NCBI GenBank assembly: GCA_043810925.1
Contig: JBDRNT010000007.1
Span: 1-50,936 of the forward strand
Source: Candidatus Eiseniibacteriota bacterium
GTDB lineage: Bacteria; Arandabacterota; Arandabacteria; Arandabacterales; Arandabacteraceae
Direction: 5' to 3'
DNA: 50,936 bases
Shown here: positions 1-11,460 of the stretch, one piece after another
Numbering within the stretch: the first letter of the stretch is position 1
Layout: the number at the start of each line of letters is the position of its first letter
Notes under the pieces: model-generated
Seen by the model: only the letters and a program-made list of their open reading frames with translations
Database searches by the model: none
What the model was told of the DNA's origin: nothing
Position numbers and translations under genes: made by a program

Positions 1-1467
<1,467 letters not shown>

Positions 1468-1552
1468 CAGAAATATCTTAAGACGACTTTCGCCGCCTTA
1501 CTTACTTTAAGGACTCCAAAAGCGTCAAGCATGCCTGTGTGCACTATTCTTT

Positions 1553-1565
1553 TTTCAAAGAGCGC
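1553..1565 (-). promoter_or_regulatory. rrn leader boxA-like antitermination motif
   Basis: Minus strand GCGCTCTTTGAAA between the promoters and the 16S 5' end. Confidence 0.6.
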
Positions 1566-1605
1566 AGTATACAATCAGCAGACTCTACTCCACTGCCGAT
1601 CTCTT

Positions 1606-1700
1606 AATCTAATCGAAGCTCGGCGTTAGTCAAGCTTTTAATCTACTACGCCGTATTTTTTTCCGCTGCTTAATTTACCAGAAACCGGGATGTCTGTCAA
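1606..1700 (-). promoter_or_regulatory. Tandem sigma70-type rRNA promoters
   Basis: TTGACA-17-TAAATT (1700-1672) and TTGACT-16-TAGATT (1633-1606) on the minus strand. Confidence 0.7.
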
Positions 1701-1795
1701 GCTCTTTTTAAGCTTATTAACCAAACTCCCGTCAAATATTCCCAACTATCGCTCCGGGCCGCCCCTGTACCGGCCGGGCAACCGGGCTTGAGTGA

Positions 1796-3043
1796 TCACG
1801 AGTGGCGGAATACGGCCTTTCTAAACTCCCGGCCAAGTCTCACCACAACCTCATCTACACCACCCACCGGCAGCTCGAAATCCGGGTCCGTGATCTTCTC
1901 ACCATCGATCCGGACTGCTCCCGCTTTTATCTTCCGCCTGGCCTCTCCCCCACTCTTTACCAACCCCACGTCCCTCAGGAGGTTGACGATCCAGATCTTG
2001 TCCCCCTCCACGGCCACCTCTTCAATCTTCACGGCCTTAAGATCAAGCGTGCCGCGCTTGGCTCCGAAACGGCGTTCGAACTCCTCGTGAGCCGCCCTGG
2101 CTTCGGCCTCGCCGTAGTACATCTCTACGACCTCGCGGGCGAGACCCGCCTTTATGTTTTTCGGATTCTCGGTTCCCTGCTTTAAGGAATTTCCGATACG
2201 CCCAAGCTCATCCTCACTCACTTCGGTGGCGAGCTCATAGTATCTCATGATCAGGGTATCAGGTATCGACATCAGCTTGCCGTACATCTCGTTGGGATGC
2301 TCATCGATGCCGACGTAGTTTCCAAGCGACTTCGACATTCGCTCGTTACCCGAGACGCCCTCGAGTATGGGGACGGTGACGGCTACCTGGGGTTCCTGCC
2401 CTGCATTCTCCTGAGTCTGTCGGCCCAGGAGCAGATTGAACTTCTGTTCGGTTCCCCCGAGTTCGACATCGGCCCTGATGGCGACCGAGTCATATGCCTG
2501 CATGAGCGGGTATATGAGCTCGTGAAGACTTATGGGTTCGGATGCCTTGAAACGTTTGTCGAAATCGTCACGCTCGAGTATCCTCGCTACTGTGATCTGC
2601 GAGATCATGCTCATGCTCTCCATAAATGAGAACTCCGAGAACCACTCCCCATTCCATCTGATCTCGGTCTTGGCGACATCGACGATCTTGCCGAACTGCT
2701 CAAGATAGGTCCCGGCATGGGCCTCGACCTCTTTGCGCTCGAGCCGCGGCCTGGTCTTTGAGCGACCACTCGGGTCACCGATCATTGCGGTGTAATCACC
2801 CACGATCAAGACGATCTGATGGCCGAGACGCTGGAAATCGCGGAGTTTTCTTAAGCCCACGGCGTGACCGAGGTGGATGTCGGGTGCGGTCGGGTCGAAG
2901 CCCTGCTTGACCCGGAGCGGCTTGTTCTCCTCAATAGAGCGCTTTATCTTTGCTGCCAGCTCATCCTCGCTGATTATCTCCTCAACGCCGCGTCTTATGA
3001 CGGCCAGCTGGTTTTTGACCTCGCGGTCAAGCGAAGAGCTCAA
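1796..3043 (-). CDS. tyrS: Tyrosyl-tRNA synthetase
   Basis: GFDPTAPDIHLGH (HIGH), RMSKS (KMSKS) and C-terminal S4 domain. TTG start at 3043 preceded by AGGAGG. Confidence 0.97.
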   Translation of the reverse strand: MSSSLDREVKNQLAVIRRGVEEIISEDELAAKIKRSIEENKPLRVKQGFDPTAPDIHLGHAVGLRKLRDFQRLGHQIVLIVGDYTAMIGDPSGRSKTRPRLERKEVEAHAGTYLEQFGKIVDVAKTEIRWNGEWFSEFSFMESMSMISQITVARILERDDFDKRFKASEPISLHELIYPLMQAYDSVAIRADVELGGTEQKFNLLLGRQTQENAGQEPQVAVTVPILEGVSGNERMSKSLGNYVGIDEHPNEMYGKLMSIPDTLIMRYYELATEVSEDELGRIGNSLKQGTENPKNIKAGLAREVVEMYYGEAEARAAHEEFERRFGAKRGTLDLKAVKIEEVAVEGDKIWIVNLLRDVGLVKSGGEARRKIKAGAVRIDGEKITDPDFELPVGGVDEVVVRLGREFRKAVFRHS

Positions 3044-3263
3044 ACTGCACCTCCTGATTAGTCCGGCTTGTTCATGCGTCCTCCGGTGCGGTGACGCATC
3101 TGCCAACGCACGACAACGTTCATGAACAATCCAGGCTAGGCAGGAATTTATCAGCTGGAGAGTCGAGTTGCAAGCAATTTGGGTGCCGCAGCGTCTCATG
3201 TCGGGGAAGCGGTAATCGCTTGAACTTACTCTGACCTTGGTTTAGATTGGGGGCGAGGTTCGC

Positions 3264-5408
3264 ATGATGGAGAACAAGTCATCGGAGGACAAACGGGACC
3301 TGCACGCGCAGGATGAACAGGCTGTTCAGACTGAAGGCCTGAAGCGGCCGGCCATAGGCCGCCGTCATATGATCGCGGTTGTTGTCATCGCATGTATACC
3401 GGTCGGCCTCTTCCTCGGGCTCTATCTGTGGTTCTCGCAGGATCTGCCCTCAATGGATGATCTGGTGTCCGTGAAACCATGGACGCGGACCGTCCTTTAC
3501 GATGTCCACGATGTTCCGATCAAGTCCTTCTACGAGCAGGACAGGGTGATCGTACCCCTCGATGAGATCCCGCAAGACCTCATTGATGCCTTCATAGCCA
3601 CCGAGGACCGCAAGTTCTATCGCCACTGGGGACTCAACATACTCGCCATCGGAAGGGCGATCTTCGAGGACGTGGTGGCCCGCAGCATCGTCCGTGGGGC
3701 AAGCACAATAACCCAGCAGCTTGCAAGGAACCTCTTTCTCACGCAGGAGCAGACAATTACGCGTAAGATAAAGGAGGCGATCCTCGCGATACGGATCGAG
3801 CGCCACTACACCAAGGAAGAGATACTATCGATGTACCTCAACCAGATCTACTTCGGTGACGGCGCCTATGGCGTCGAAGCGGCGGCCAGGAGGTTTTTCG
3901 GAAAACCTGTGGGCGAGCTATCCCTGGCCGAGTGCTCGCTGCTTGCGGGTCTTCCGAGAAATCCGAGCGCATATTCACCCAGAAGGCATCTCGAGCGGGC
4001 CAGGCAGCGGCAGGCCACAGTGCTGGCGGGGATGACCGAGATGGATATGCTGACGGCTGAAGAGGCGGCCGTGGCCAAGAACGATACACTCAGAATCACG
4101 CAGGGCGAGGTTGCCGAGGTGGGCGCTTACTTCACCGAGCACATTAGACGGATGCTTGAGGACAAGTACGGGGCATCGGCGCTTTACCGCGAGGGCTTGA
4201 AGGTGTATACGACACTCGATCTCACGCTTCAGGGAGCGGCCGAGAAGGCCGTGGAGACCAACCTGAGAGCCATGGAGAAGCGGCGGGGCTATGAACCGCG
4301 GGACACAACGGGTGCTGTAACGGCCACCGGCGAGGGCACGCGCACGGATTACATTCAGGCAGCCCTCGTAGCGATTGATCCTGAAACAGGCCATATAAAG
4401 GCCATGGTGGGTGGCAGAGACTATATCGACAGCAATTTCAACAGGGCCACCCAGGCCATGCGCCAGCCGGGAAGCGCTTTTAAGATCTTTGTCTATGCGG
4501 CCGCTATAGCCAGCGGGCTCACGCCCGCCGATATCGTGATGGACGACCCCATAGTCGTTGATATGCCCGACGGCACGCAGTGGCGGCCCAAGAACTTCAG
4601 TGAGACCTTTGCGGGCCCGGTTACACTGAGACATGCGCTGACCAAGTCGATCAATATCCCGGCCATCAAGGTCGCGGAGCGTATCGGCCAGGGAACGGTC
4701 ATCCACTACGCCCGCAAGATGGGTATAACGAGCCCGCTTAAACCCTATATGTCGATCGCACTGGGATCGTTTGAGGTGACATTGCTTGAACTCGTATCCG
4801 CGGTGGGCGTGCTTGCAACCTCGGGCATCCGGGCCGAACCGGTTGCGATCACGAGAATTGAATCCAGCGACGGCAGAATCCTCGAGCGCCACCTGCCGCG
4901 CAAGTCGGAGGCCATCAGCGCCCAAACCGCATATGTCGTCACTTCGATGCTTCAGAGCGTGGTCCAGGAGGGTACGGCCCAGGCAATCAGGGGGCGCGGG
5001 ATAACACGAACACTCGCCGGTAAGACCGGTACAACAGATGAATATACCGATGCCTGGTTCGTAGGCTTCTCACCCGATCTCGTGGCCGGTGTCTGGTCGG
5101 GCTTCGATGAAAAACAGTCGATGGGCGAGCGGGAAACCGGCGCAAGGGTGTCACTTCCCATCTGGATGGACTTCATGACCGCAGCCCTCGCGGACGTGCC
5201 GGACAGACCGTTTCCGGAACCTCACGGGATCGTGCACAGGGAGATCTGTACTGAGACGGGTTTCCTGGCCACGAGCCATTGTCCAACGCGAAGATCGGAG
5301 GTCTTTGTGAGCGGAACCGAAACACTGCGCTTCTGCGATCTCCACCGCTCGGGCCGGCTACTGCTGGACCTGGAGGATGCAGTCCCGGAAGAATCAGCTA
5401 CCCATTGA
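3264..5408 (+). CDS. Class A penicillin-binding protein (PBP1A family)
   Basis: N-terminal TM; transglycosylase motifs EDRKF, GASTITQQLARN, RKIKE; transpeptidase motifs SAFK, SIN, KTGT. Promoter-like TTGAAC-17-TAGATT upstream. Confidence 0.96.
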   Translation: MMENKSSEDKRDLHAQDEQAVQTEGLKRPAIGRRHMIAVVVIACIPVGLFLGLYLWFSQDLPSMDDLVSVKPWTRTVLYDVHDVPIKSFYEQDRVIVPLDEIPQDLIDAFIATEDRKFYRHWGLNILAIGRAIFEDVVARSIVRGASTITQQLARNLFLTQEQTITRKIKEAILAIRIERHYTKEEILSMYLNQIYFGDGAYGVEAAARRFFGKPVGELSLAECSLLAGLPRNPSAYSPRRHLERARQRQATVLAGMTEMDMLTAEEAAVAKNDTLRITQGEVAEVGAYFTEHIRRMLEDKYGASALYREGLKVYTTLDLTLQGAAEKAVETNLRAMEKRRGYEPRDTTGAVTATGEGTRTDYIQAALVAIDPETGHIKAMVGGRDYIDSNFNRATQAMRQPGSAFKIFVYAAAIASGLTPADIVMDDPIVVDMPDGTQWRPKNFSETFAGPVTLRHALTKSINIPAIKVAERIGQGTVIHYARKMGITSPLKPYMSIALGSFEVTLLELVSAVGVLATSGIRAEPVAITRIESSDGRILERHLPRKSEAISAQTAYVVTSMLQSVVQEGTAQAIRGRGITRTLAGKTGTTDEYTDAWFVGFSPDLVAGVWSGFDEKQSMGERETGARVSLPIWMDFMTAALADVPDRPFPEPHGIVHREICTETGFLATSHCPTRRSEVFVSGTETLRFCDLHRSGRLLLDLEDAVPEESATH

Positions 5409-6737
5409 CCCCACCCTGCCTATCAGAATACGCCGCGCGGCAGGCTTCTTCGCCGAGAGGCTGATGGCTCCCTTAAGAAGCCGGGCACACCTGAGCCCGC
5501 CCGGACGGTCGCTGGCATGGATACGGGCGATCGCCTCACCCTTCCTCACCCGGTCGCATCGCTTCTTGAAGAACTCCACACCGACGGCATGATCGACGCG
5601 GTCATCCTTCTTACGTCTGCCCGCACCCAGTGTCGTGGCGATCTCACCCACCGCGAGAGCGTCGACATGGGATACATAGCCCCGCCGGGAGGCCCGAACA
5701 TTAAACGTGAACCCGGCCCTCGCCAGCATGCCGGGATCATCAATGACCCGGGGATCGCCTCCCTGGGCTCTTATGAGCTCCTCAAACTTCTGAAGGGCCT
5801 TGCCACCCAGGAGCGCGCTTCTTAGAAGCGTCTCGGCTTCGGCCCTCTGCTTGGTCTTGCCTGCCAGAAGCAGCATCTCGGCGCCCAGGGCAAGACTCAC
5901 TTCAATCAGGTCCTGGACCCACTTGCCCTTAAGGACCTCGATCACTTCCTGGATCTCAAGGGCGTTACCCACCATGAAGCCGAGCGGTTCGTCCATTCGC
6001 GTAAGCAGCGTTGTCGTTTTCATCCCGAGCATCGACGCAACCCTGGTAAGCAGGCGTGCGAGGTCCCTTGCCTCTCCCTGCTTCTTCATAAAGGCGCCCT
6101 CGCCGCACTTCAGGTCGAAGACGACGGCGTCGGCGCCGGAGGCTATCTTCTTACTCAGGATGCTCCCCACCATGAGCGGTTGGCACGCGACTGTCGACGT
6201 TACATCGCGTATGGCATAAAACTTCCGGTCCGCGGGTGCGATCTCATCGGTCTGGCCTATGATCGAGATGCCGATCTTCTTTACGACACGTTCGAACTCG
6301 CGCGAGGTCAGATCGGTCCTGAAGCCGGGGATGGACTCGAGCTTATCCAGGGTCCCGCCCGTATGACCGAGCGCCCGCCCCGAAACCATAGGTACATTAA
6401 CACCGACCGAGGCGACGAGCGGACCGAGTATGAGTGAGATCTTATCGCCCACACCACCTGTGGAGTGCTTATCCACTTTGATGTCACGTATGCTCTTGAG
6501 TTTGAGAACCTTACCGCTTGCTACCATGGCGGCGGTGAGATCACGCGTCTCCGCGAGCGTCATGCCTTTGAAAAAGACAGCCATGAGGAACGCGGAAAGC
6601 TGGTAATCGGGGATCTCACCCGTTGACGAGGCTTTGACGAACCAGTTGATCTCGGCCGGACTGAGGGCCGTACCGCTCTGTTTACGGGCGATTAAATCAG
6701 TTGCTGAAAACGATTCCCGTGAAGTACGGCCCATCAC
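5394..6737 (-). CDS. pdp: Pyrimidine-nucleoside/thymidine phosphorylase
   Basis: DKHSTGGVGDK and SGRALGHTGGTLDKLE motifs. Overlaps the PBP1A 3' end convergently by 15 nt. Confidence 0.95.
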   Translation of the reverse strand: MMGRTSRESFSATDLIARKQSGTALSPAEINWFVKASSTGEIPDYQLSAFLMAVFFKGMTLAETRDLTAAMVASGKVLKLKSIRDIKVDKHSTGGVGDKISLILGPLVASVGVNVPMVSGRALGHTGGTLDKLESIPGFRTDLTSREFERVVKKIGISIIGQTDEIAPADRKFYAIRDVTSTVACQPLMVGSILSKKIASGADAVVFDLKCGEGAFMKKQGEARDLARLLTRVASMLGMKTTTLLTRMDEPLGFMVGNALEIQEVIEVLKGKWVQDLIEVSLALGAEMLLLAGKTKQRAEAETLLRSALLGGKALQKFEELIRAQGGDPRVIDDPGMLARAGFTFNVRASRRGYVSHVDALAVGEIATTLGAGRRKKDDRVDHAVGVEFFKKRCDRVRKGEAIARIHASDRPGGLRCARLLKGAISLSAKKPAARRILIGRVGSMGS

Positions 6738-6740
6738 GTT

Positions 6741-7616
6741 CTATCCACCAACGATCTTGACACTTGCGCTTGCACCTATGCGTGTGGCGCCCGCTTCGAC
6801 CATGCGGGCCGCCGTCTCCGCATCCCTTATCCCACCCGAGGCCTTGACCCCCATCTTCGCACCAACCACACTTCGCATGAGCCTGATATCCTCCACCGTC
6901 GCCCCTCCCGGACCGAAGCCGGTCGATGTCTTGACGAAATCCATACCGCTTGCCTTTGCGATCTCACAGGCTTTTATCTTCTCTTCATCGGTAAGAAGGG
7001 CCGTCTCCAGGATCACCTTGGTTATCACATTCTTGCCGCAGGTCTCTTTGACATCCCTCATGTCCTGCTCCACGAGTTTATAGTCTCTGGACTTAAGCGC
7101 GCCGACATTCATCACCATGTCGATTTCACGCGCCCCGTCAAGCATTGCTTTCCTGGTCTCGTAGGCTTTGATCTCCTTCTTGTTGGCACCAAGCGGAAAG
7201 CCTGTGACCGAGCACACCTTGACCTGCGTTCCCTCAAGCAGGCCGCTTGCCCGGCTGACGTTATAGGGATTCACACAGACACTGGCGAATTTGAACTCCC
7301 GTGCTTCAGCACAGAGCTTATCGATTTCGGCCTGGCACGCATCGGGTTTAAGGAGCGTATGATCGATGAGGGGGGCGATGCCGCTATCCACCGAGGCCAC
7401 GCCCAGCGAGGAGCTGATCCGCGCCGCACCGGCGCTCTTTATCTTCTCAACCGCCTCCGGTACCTTCTCAACGCACTTGCCACAATACACGCACACCGCA
7501 CATTCACTCTCACTGGGCCCCGACCCGCTCGCTTGCAGCCGCTCCTGTCCGAGCGTGGTCAGGACATCCCGGACAACCCTTTCGACGATCGCGTCAAAGT
7601 CCTGCATCAAGACCAT
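6741..7616 (-). CDS. deoC: Deoxyribose-phosphate aldolase with N-terminal extension
   Basis: IDHTLLKP, FVKTSTGF and VKASGGIR motifs; about 75 extra N-terminal residues. Confidence 0.95.
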   Translation of the reverse strand: MVLMQDFDAIVERVVRDVLTTLGQERLQASGSGPSESECAVCVYCGKCVEKVPEAVEKIKSAGAARISSSLGVASVDSGIAPLIDHTLLKPDACQAEIDKLCAEAREFKFASVCVNPYNVSRASGLLEGTQVKVCSVTGFPLGANKKEIKAYETRKAMLDGAREIDMVMNVGALKSRDYKLVEQDMRDVKETCGKNVITKVILETALLTDEEKIKACEIAKASGMDFVKTSTGFGPGGATVEDIRLMRSVVGAKMGVKASGGIRDAETAARMVEAGATRIGASASVKIVGG

Positions 7617-8181
7617 CCCTTTCGATCCTGGCTATCTTCTCGATTCGTGGCACGTGCCTGCCCCCTTCAAACGGCGTGGTAAGCCACGTTTTTACCATTC
7701 GTCTTGCAAGACCGCGGTTGATGAAGTTGGACCCCAACGAAAGCACGTTGGCATCGTTGTGGAGCCTGCTCGACCTGGCGGATTCCACATCATGGCATGT
7801 GGCCGCCCTGATACCGTTTACCTTGTTTGCAGCAATCGCCGATCCGATACCGACTGAGTCTATCAGGATCCCGAAGTCACAGGTCTTCGTGACGACCTGC
7901 TCCGCCACACGGAGCGCGATGTCCGGATAGTCACCCGTCCCGCCCTCCGTGATACCGCAGTCCACGACCAGGTGACCGAGCTCACACAGGTACTCGGCGA
8001 TCCGTGATCTCAAGACGAGCCCCCTGTGGTCGGAACCGATAGCGACTTTAAGCCGGGCGGCCCCGTCACCGGCAAGCCGCTCTTCAGGCATCCCGGTCTT
8101 CTCGAAGCGGACTTGCGGCTTCTCACCGGCGAATGTCCGCCCTACTATATCATCGATGCGTTTGCCGAAGTCGGTGTCCAC
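7594..8181 (-). CDS. rpiB: RpiB/LacA/LacB sugar-phosphate isomerase with N-terminal extension
   Basis: IGSDHRG, DYPD, AANKVNGIRAA, HNDANVL and FEGGRH motifs. Confidence 0.92.
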   Translation of the reverse strand: MDTDFGKRIDDIVGRTFAGEKPQVRFEKTGMPEERLAGDGAARLKVAIGSDHRGLVLRSRIAEYLCELGHLVVDCGITEGGTGDYPDIALRVAEQVVTKTCDFGILIDSVGIGSAIAANKVNGIRAATCHDVESARSSRLHNDANVLSLGSNFINRGLARRMVKTWLTTPFEGGRHVPRIEKIARIERDGLDAGL

Positions 8182-8189
8182 TTATCGCC

Positions 8190-8567
8190 TCACAACCTGA
8201 AGGGCCTGGGGAGGAGCGAACTTAACTCATACGTCTCGACCTTGCCGTCGGGGCCGGCGATGATCACCGCTTCGACCTCAAACTCCTTCATAACCTGAAG
8301 GCATGCACCGCAAGGCATGGGAGATTCCATCCCCTCAGCAACGATGGCCAGTTTCGTTATCTTCCTGTGTCCTGCGGCCACCGCGGCGAAGAGCGCTGCA
8401 CGTTCGGCACATATTGTGAGTCCGTACGATGCGTTCTCAACGTTAGAGGCGCTGTATACATCACCGCTTCCCGTCAGAACAGCCGCTCCCACCTTGACTC
8501 CCGAGTAGGGCGCGTACGCGTGCTCACGGGCCTCGCCCGCCAGTTCGATCAGATGTCTATCATCCAC
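8190..8567 (-). CDS. cdd: Cytidine deaminase
   Basis: [20 protein letters not shown] and PCGAC motifs. GTG start at 8567 after AAGGAG. Confidence 0.95.
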   Translation of the reverse strand: MDDRHLIELAGEAREHAYAPYSGVKVGAAVLTGSGDVYSASNVENASYGLTICAERAALFAAVAAGHRKITKLAIVAEGMESPMPCGACLQVMKEFEVEAVIIAGPDGKVETYELSSLLPRPFRL

Positions 8568-9741
8568 CCCGTATCTCCTTGAGTAAACTCCTGCCCGCCT
8601 CCACCCGGACACCGAAGATCTCAGCTATGGTAGCGCCTATGTCGGCGAATGTCTCGCGTGTGCCGAGATCAACACCGCCCTTGAGGCGTTTACCGTAGAC
8701 CAGAAGCGGTACATACTCCCTCGAATGATCCGTGCTTGGTGTGGTCGGATCGGTTCCATGGTCTGCCGTGATTATAAGCATATCCTCGCTGTGAAGGCCA
8801 GCCGTAATCTCAGGCAGGGCGGAATCGAACTCCTCAAGACCGCGCCGGAAGCTGGGGACATCGTTGCGGTGACCCCAGAGCATGTCGAAATCCACCAGGT
8901 TCGCAAACACGAGCCCGTCGATCTCTTCTCCCACGTGTTCGATGATCCTCTCGATCACCTCGGCGTTGGACCGCGTGTGTATGGTTTCGCTGAAGCCTCG
9001 CCCGGCAAAGAGATAGTCGACCTTGCCTATCGAGATGGACTCCAGTCGGGCATCAACGAGCTCATCAAGCAGGGTTCTCCGCGGTGGCGGGAGCGAGAAA
9101 TCCTTCCGGTCCGCCGTGCGCGTGTAGTCGCCGCTTGGACCCGTAAAGGGCCGGGCTATCACCCGACCGACCGAATGCTTCCCCTTAAGCAGCCGGCGAG
9201 CCGCGAGAGAGAATGCATAGAGATCCTCAAGCGGTACCACATCCATGTGCGCTGCGATCTGAAAAACACTGTCGGCCGAAGTGTAGACGATGAGTTTGCC
9301 GGTCCGAACGTGCTCATCACCCAGCTCTTTTATGATCTCGGTGCCCGAAGCCGCGACATTGCCGATCACCTGTCGGCCTGTGGCCTCTTCAAAAGGCTCA
9401 ATCACCTCCGGCGGAAAGCCGTCGGGGTAGAGCGGAAACGGTGTGTCGAGAATGAGCCCTGCAATCTCCCAGTGACCCGAAGTCGAGTCCTTGCCGGGTG
9501 AGGCCTCAGCCAGTCGGGCGTAACTCGCAGCAGGCCGGGTCTGCGGCGTCACGCCCTTTATCGGCGTTATGTTTCCAAGACCAAGTTTTTCGAGATTAGG
9601 AAGGTTAAGCCCGCCTACCGCTTCGGCGATGTTTCCGAGCGTATTGCTGCCATCGTCCCCATAGAGATCGGCGTCGGGAAGGGCTCCGACGCCGACACCG
9701 TCAAGAATGATGAGCAGTACCTTCCGGGGCCTGGACGTCAA
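8560..9741 (-). CDS. deoB: Phosphopentomutase
   Basis: [44 protein letters not shown] and TADHG motifs. Confidence 0.96.
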   Translation of the reverse strand: MTSRPRKVLLIILDGVGVGALPDADLYGDDGSNTLGNIAEAVGGLNLPNLEKLGLGNITPIKGVTPQTRPAASYARLAEASPGKDSTSGHWEIAGLILDTPFPLYPDGFPPEVIEPFEEATGRQVIGNVAASGTEIIKELGDEHVRTGKLIVYTSADSVFQIAAHMDVVPLEDLYAFSLAARRLLKGKHSVGRVIARPFTGPSGDYTRTADRKDFSLPPPRRTLLDELVDARLESISIGKVDYLFAGRGFSETIHTRSNAEVIERIIEHVGEEIDGLVFANLVDFDMLWGHRNDVPSFRRGLEEFDSALPEITAGLHSEDMLIITADHGTDPTTPSTDHSREYVPLLVYGKRLKGGVDLGTRETFADIGATIAEIFGVRVEAGRSLLKEIRGG

Positions 9742-9956
9742 GCTTTCTTGTCTCCGCCTTCAGGCTCTTCGACCTGCTCGGGCACCAGCTCCAGTTTGGC
9801 ATACTTGAGGATCAACTTCTTCTGACCGAGCTTCTCGAAGGACACGACGACACATGTCTCTTCGCGCAACGGGTAGACATCAAGGACATCGCCCTCACCC
9901 AACTTGGAATGTTTCACCCTGTCCCCGATCTTGAACTCCGGTTTTGAAGCGACCAT
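9738..9956 (-). CDS. Stand-alone PcrA/UvrD C-terminal Tudor-like domain protein
   Basis: [17 protein letters not shown]...[19 protein letters not shown] matches the PcrA C-terminal pattern. Stop overlaps the deoB start. Confidence 0.75.
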   Translation of the reverse strand: MVASKPEFKIGDRVKHSKLGEGDVLDVYPLREETCVVVSFEKLGQKKLILKYAKLELVPEQVEEPEGGDKKA

Positions 9957-9969
9957 GTCTTTACACCTT

Positions 9970-11148
9970 TCAGATTAGTGAGATACCCGCCTTGGGCAAC
10001 CGCTCCCCGACAAGGGTCACGATACCGGTGATCCTTCCCTCTGCTATGTAGACTCTGGGGACCCGCTTGCCGATACCGCACGTGATCTCATAAGAGATCG
10101 TGTTGCAGCGTTCGGCGATCTCATAGACGGTTATCTCATCGTCTCCTTGCTTCCCGAATATCATCACCTCATCACCCACAACAACACCAGGTATATCCGA
10201 AACATCCATAAGGGTCACATCCATCGTCACCATGCCCACGATCGGCGCACGCTTCCCCTTCACAAGAAGGTCGCCCGTATTTGAAAGCGACCTCGGGAAA
10301 CCGTGGCCGTAGCCGACAGCGACAGCCGCAACGCGCGAGTCCCTGTCGAAACGGTGGGTCCTGCCGTAACTCACGGTCTTCCCCTTCTTAACATCCTTAA
10401 CATTCACCACCCTCGACCTGAAGCTCATAACGGGCTCAAGCCCCACCCCGTTAAGCCCCGGGCTGGGGAACATGCCGTAGATCATCCCACCGGGCCTTAC
10501 CATGTTGAAATGGCTGCCGGGATGCTGGACGATCGCGGCACTGTTGGCCGTATGTCGCAGTGGAAACTCAAGTCCTTCCGCCCGGAGTGTCTCAACGATC
10601 GACTGAAAAGCGCAGACCTGATTCTCCATATACTCACTGTCTTCATCGTGTGTCGACGGAAAGTGGGTATAGAGACCCTCCACCTCGATCCCGCTCAAGC
10701 CCGAAAGTGTCCTTAAGAAATCACAGGCTTCGTCCTGATTGACGCCTGCTCGCGTCATTCCCGTATCGATTTCGACGTGGACCCTCACCGTGCGGCTTCG
10801 TGAGGCGCTGAAGGAAAGGGCCCGGGCGAATCTCATATCGGAGACGGTCGGACTCAGGTCCCACTCGAGGATCTCGTCGATCTCACTCACAAGCGACGGG
10901 CTCAGGATGAGGATCGGAACCTGGACCCCCGCGCACCGGAGTTCTATCCCCTCATGCAGTGTCGCAACACCCAGCATATCAATGCCTTCTGAGGTTGCGG
11001 CCCTGGCGACACGCGGGGCACCGTGCCCGTAGGCATCGGCCTTTATGGTAAGCAGGGTCTTTACATCCGGCCCTACAATCGAGCGGGTTCTGGCTACATT
11101 GCGTCTGAGAGCATCAATGTCGATTTCCGACCACGCGGCGAATTCCAT
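9970..11148 (-). CDS. alr: Alanine racemase
   Basis: KADAYGHG, DTGMTRAG, VRPG and VSYG motifs. Probable ATG at 11148. Confidence 0.95.
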   Translation of the reverse strand: MEFAAWSEIDIDALRRNVARTRSIVGPDVKTLLTIKADAYGHGAPRVARAATSEGIDMLGVATLHEGIELRCAGVQVPILILSPSLVSEIDEILEWDLSPTVSDMRFARALSFSASRSRTVRVHVEIDTGMTRAGVNQDEACDFLRTLSGLSGIEVEGLYTHFPSTHDEDSEYMENQVCAFQSIVETLRAEGLEFPLRHTANSAAIVQHPGSHFNMVRPGGMIYGMFPSPGLNGVGLEPVMSFRSRVVNVKDVKKGKTVSYGRTHRFDRDSRVAAVAVGYGHGFPRSLSNTGDLLVKGKRAPIVGMVTMDVTLMDVSDIPGVVVGDEVMIFGKQGDDEITVYEIAERCNTISYEITCGIGKRVPRVYIAEGRITGIVTLVGERLPKAGISLI

Positions 11149-11263
11149 GGCGTAATACCCCCCATGAGTACTGATACCGATAACACAGGGCTTCGGCAAT
11201 TGCAAGCCTCTTTTTCCTGCCGTTTCCTACCGTATGAGACGCCCGAGACTCCTGGAACCCCTG

Positions 11264-11393
11264 GGGTCAGGCTTTGAATTCTGGAATCAGGCGTTTGCGG
11301 GAATATGCAAACACGCTGATCAGGGCCCGGGCTCAACGCCCCTACGCCATTGATGCGGGAAAACACCTGATTCCAGAATTCAAAGCCTGACCC
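11264..11393. repeat. REP/REPIN- or MITE-like inverted-repeat element (family A)
   Basis: Arms GGGTCAGGCTTTGAATTCTGGAATCAGG and CCTGATTCCAGAATTCAAAGCCTGACCC. The same arms recur at 45761-45898 and 43533. Confidence 0.85.
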
Positions 11394-11460
11394 TTATTTT
11401 GAGTTGAGAGAGTACACCGCGAGGGTATAAGATATGGTCTGATATCTGAGGAGGTAATGC

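Noticed and set aside
3044-3199. ORF-track N-terminal extensions of tyrS (also alr, cdd, Nudix, porV-like, ompA and 43320)
   Set aside because: Downstream starts have clear RBSs and match the expected family N-termini.
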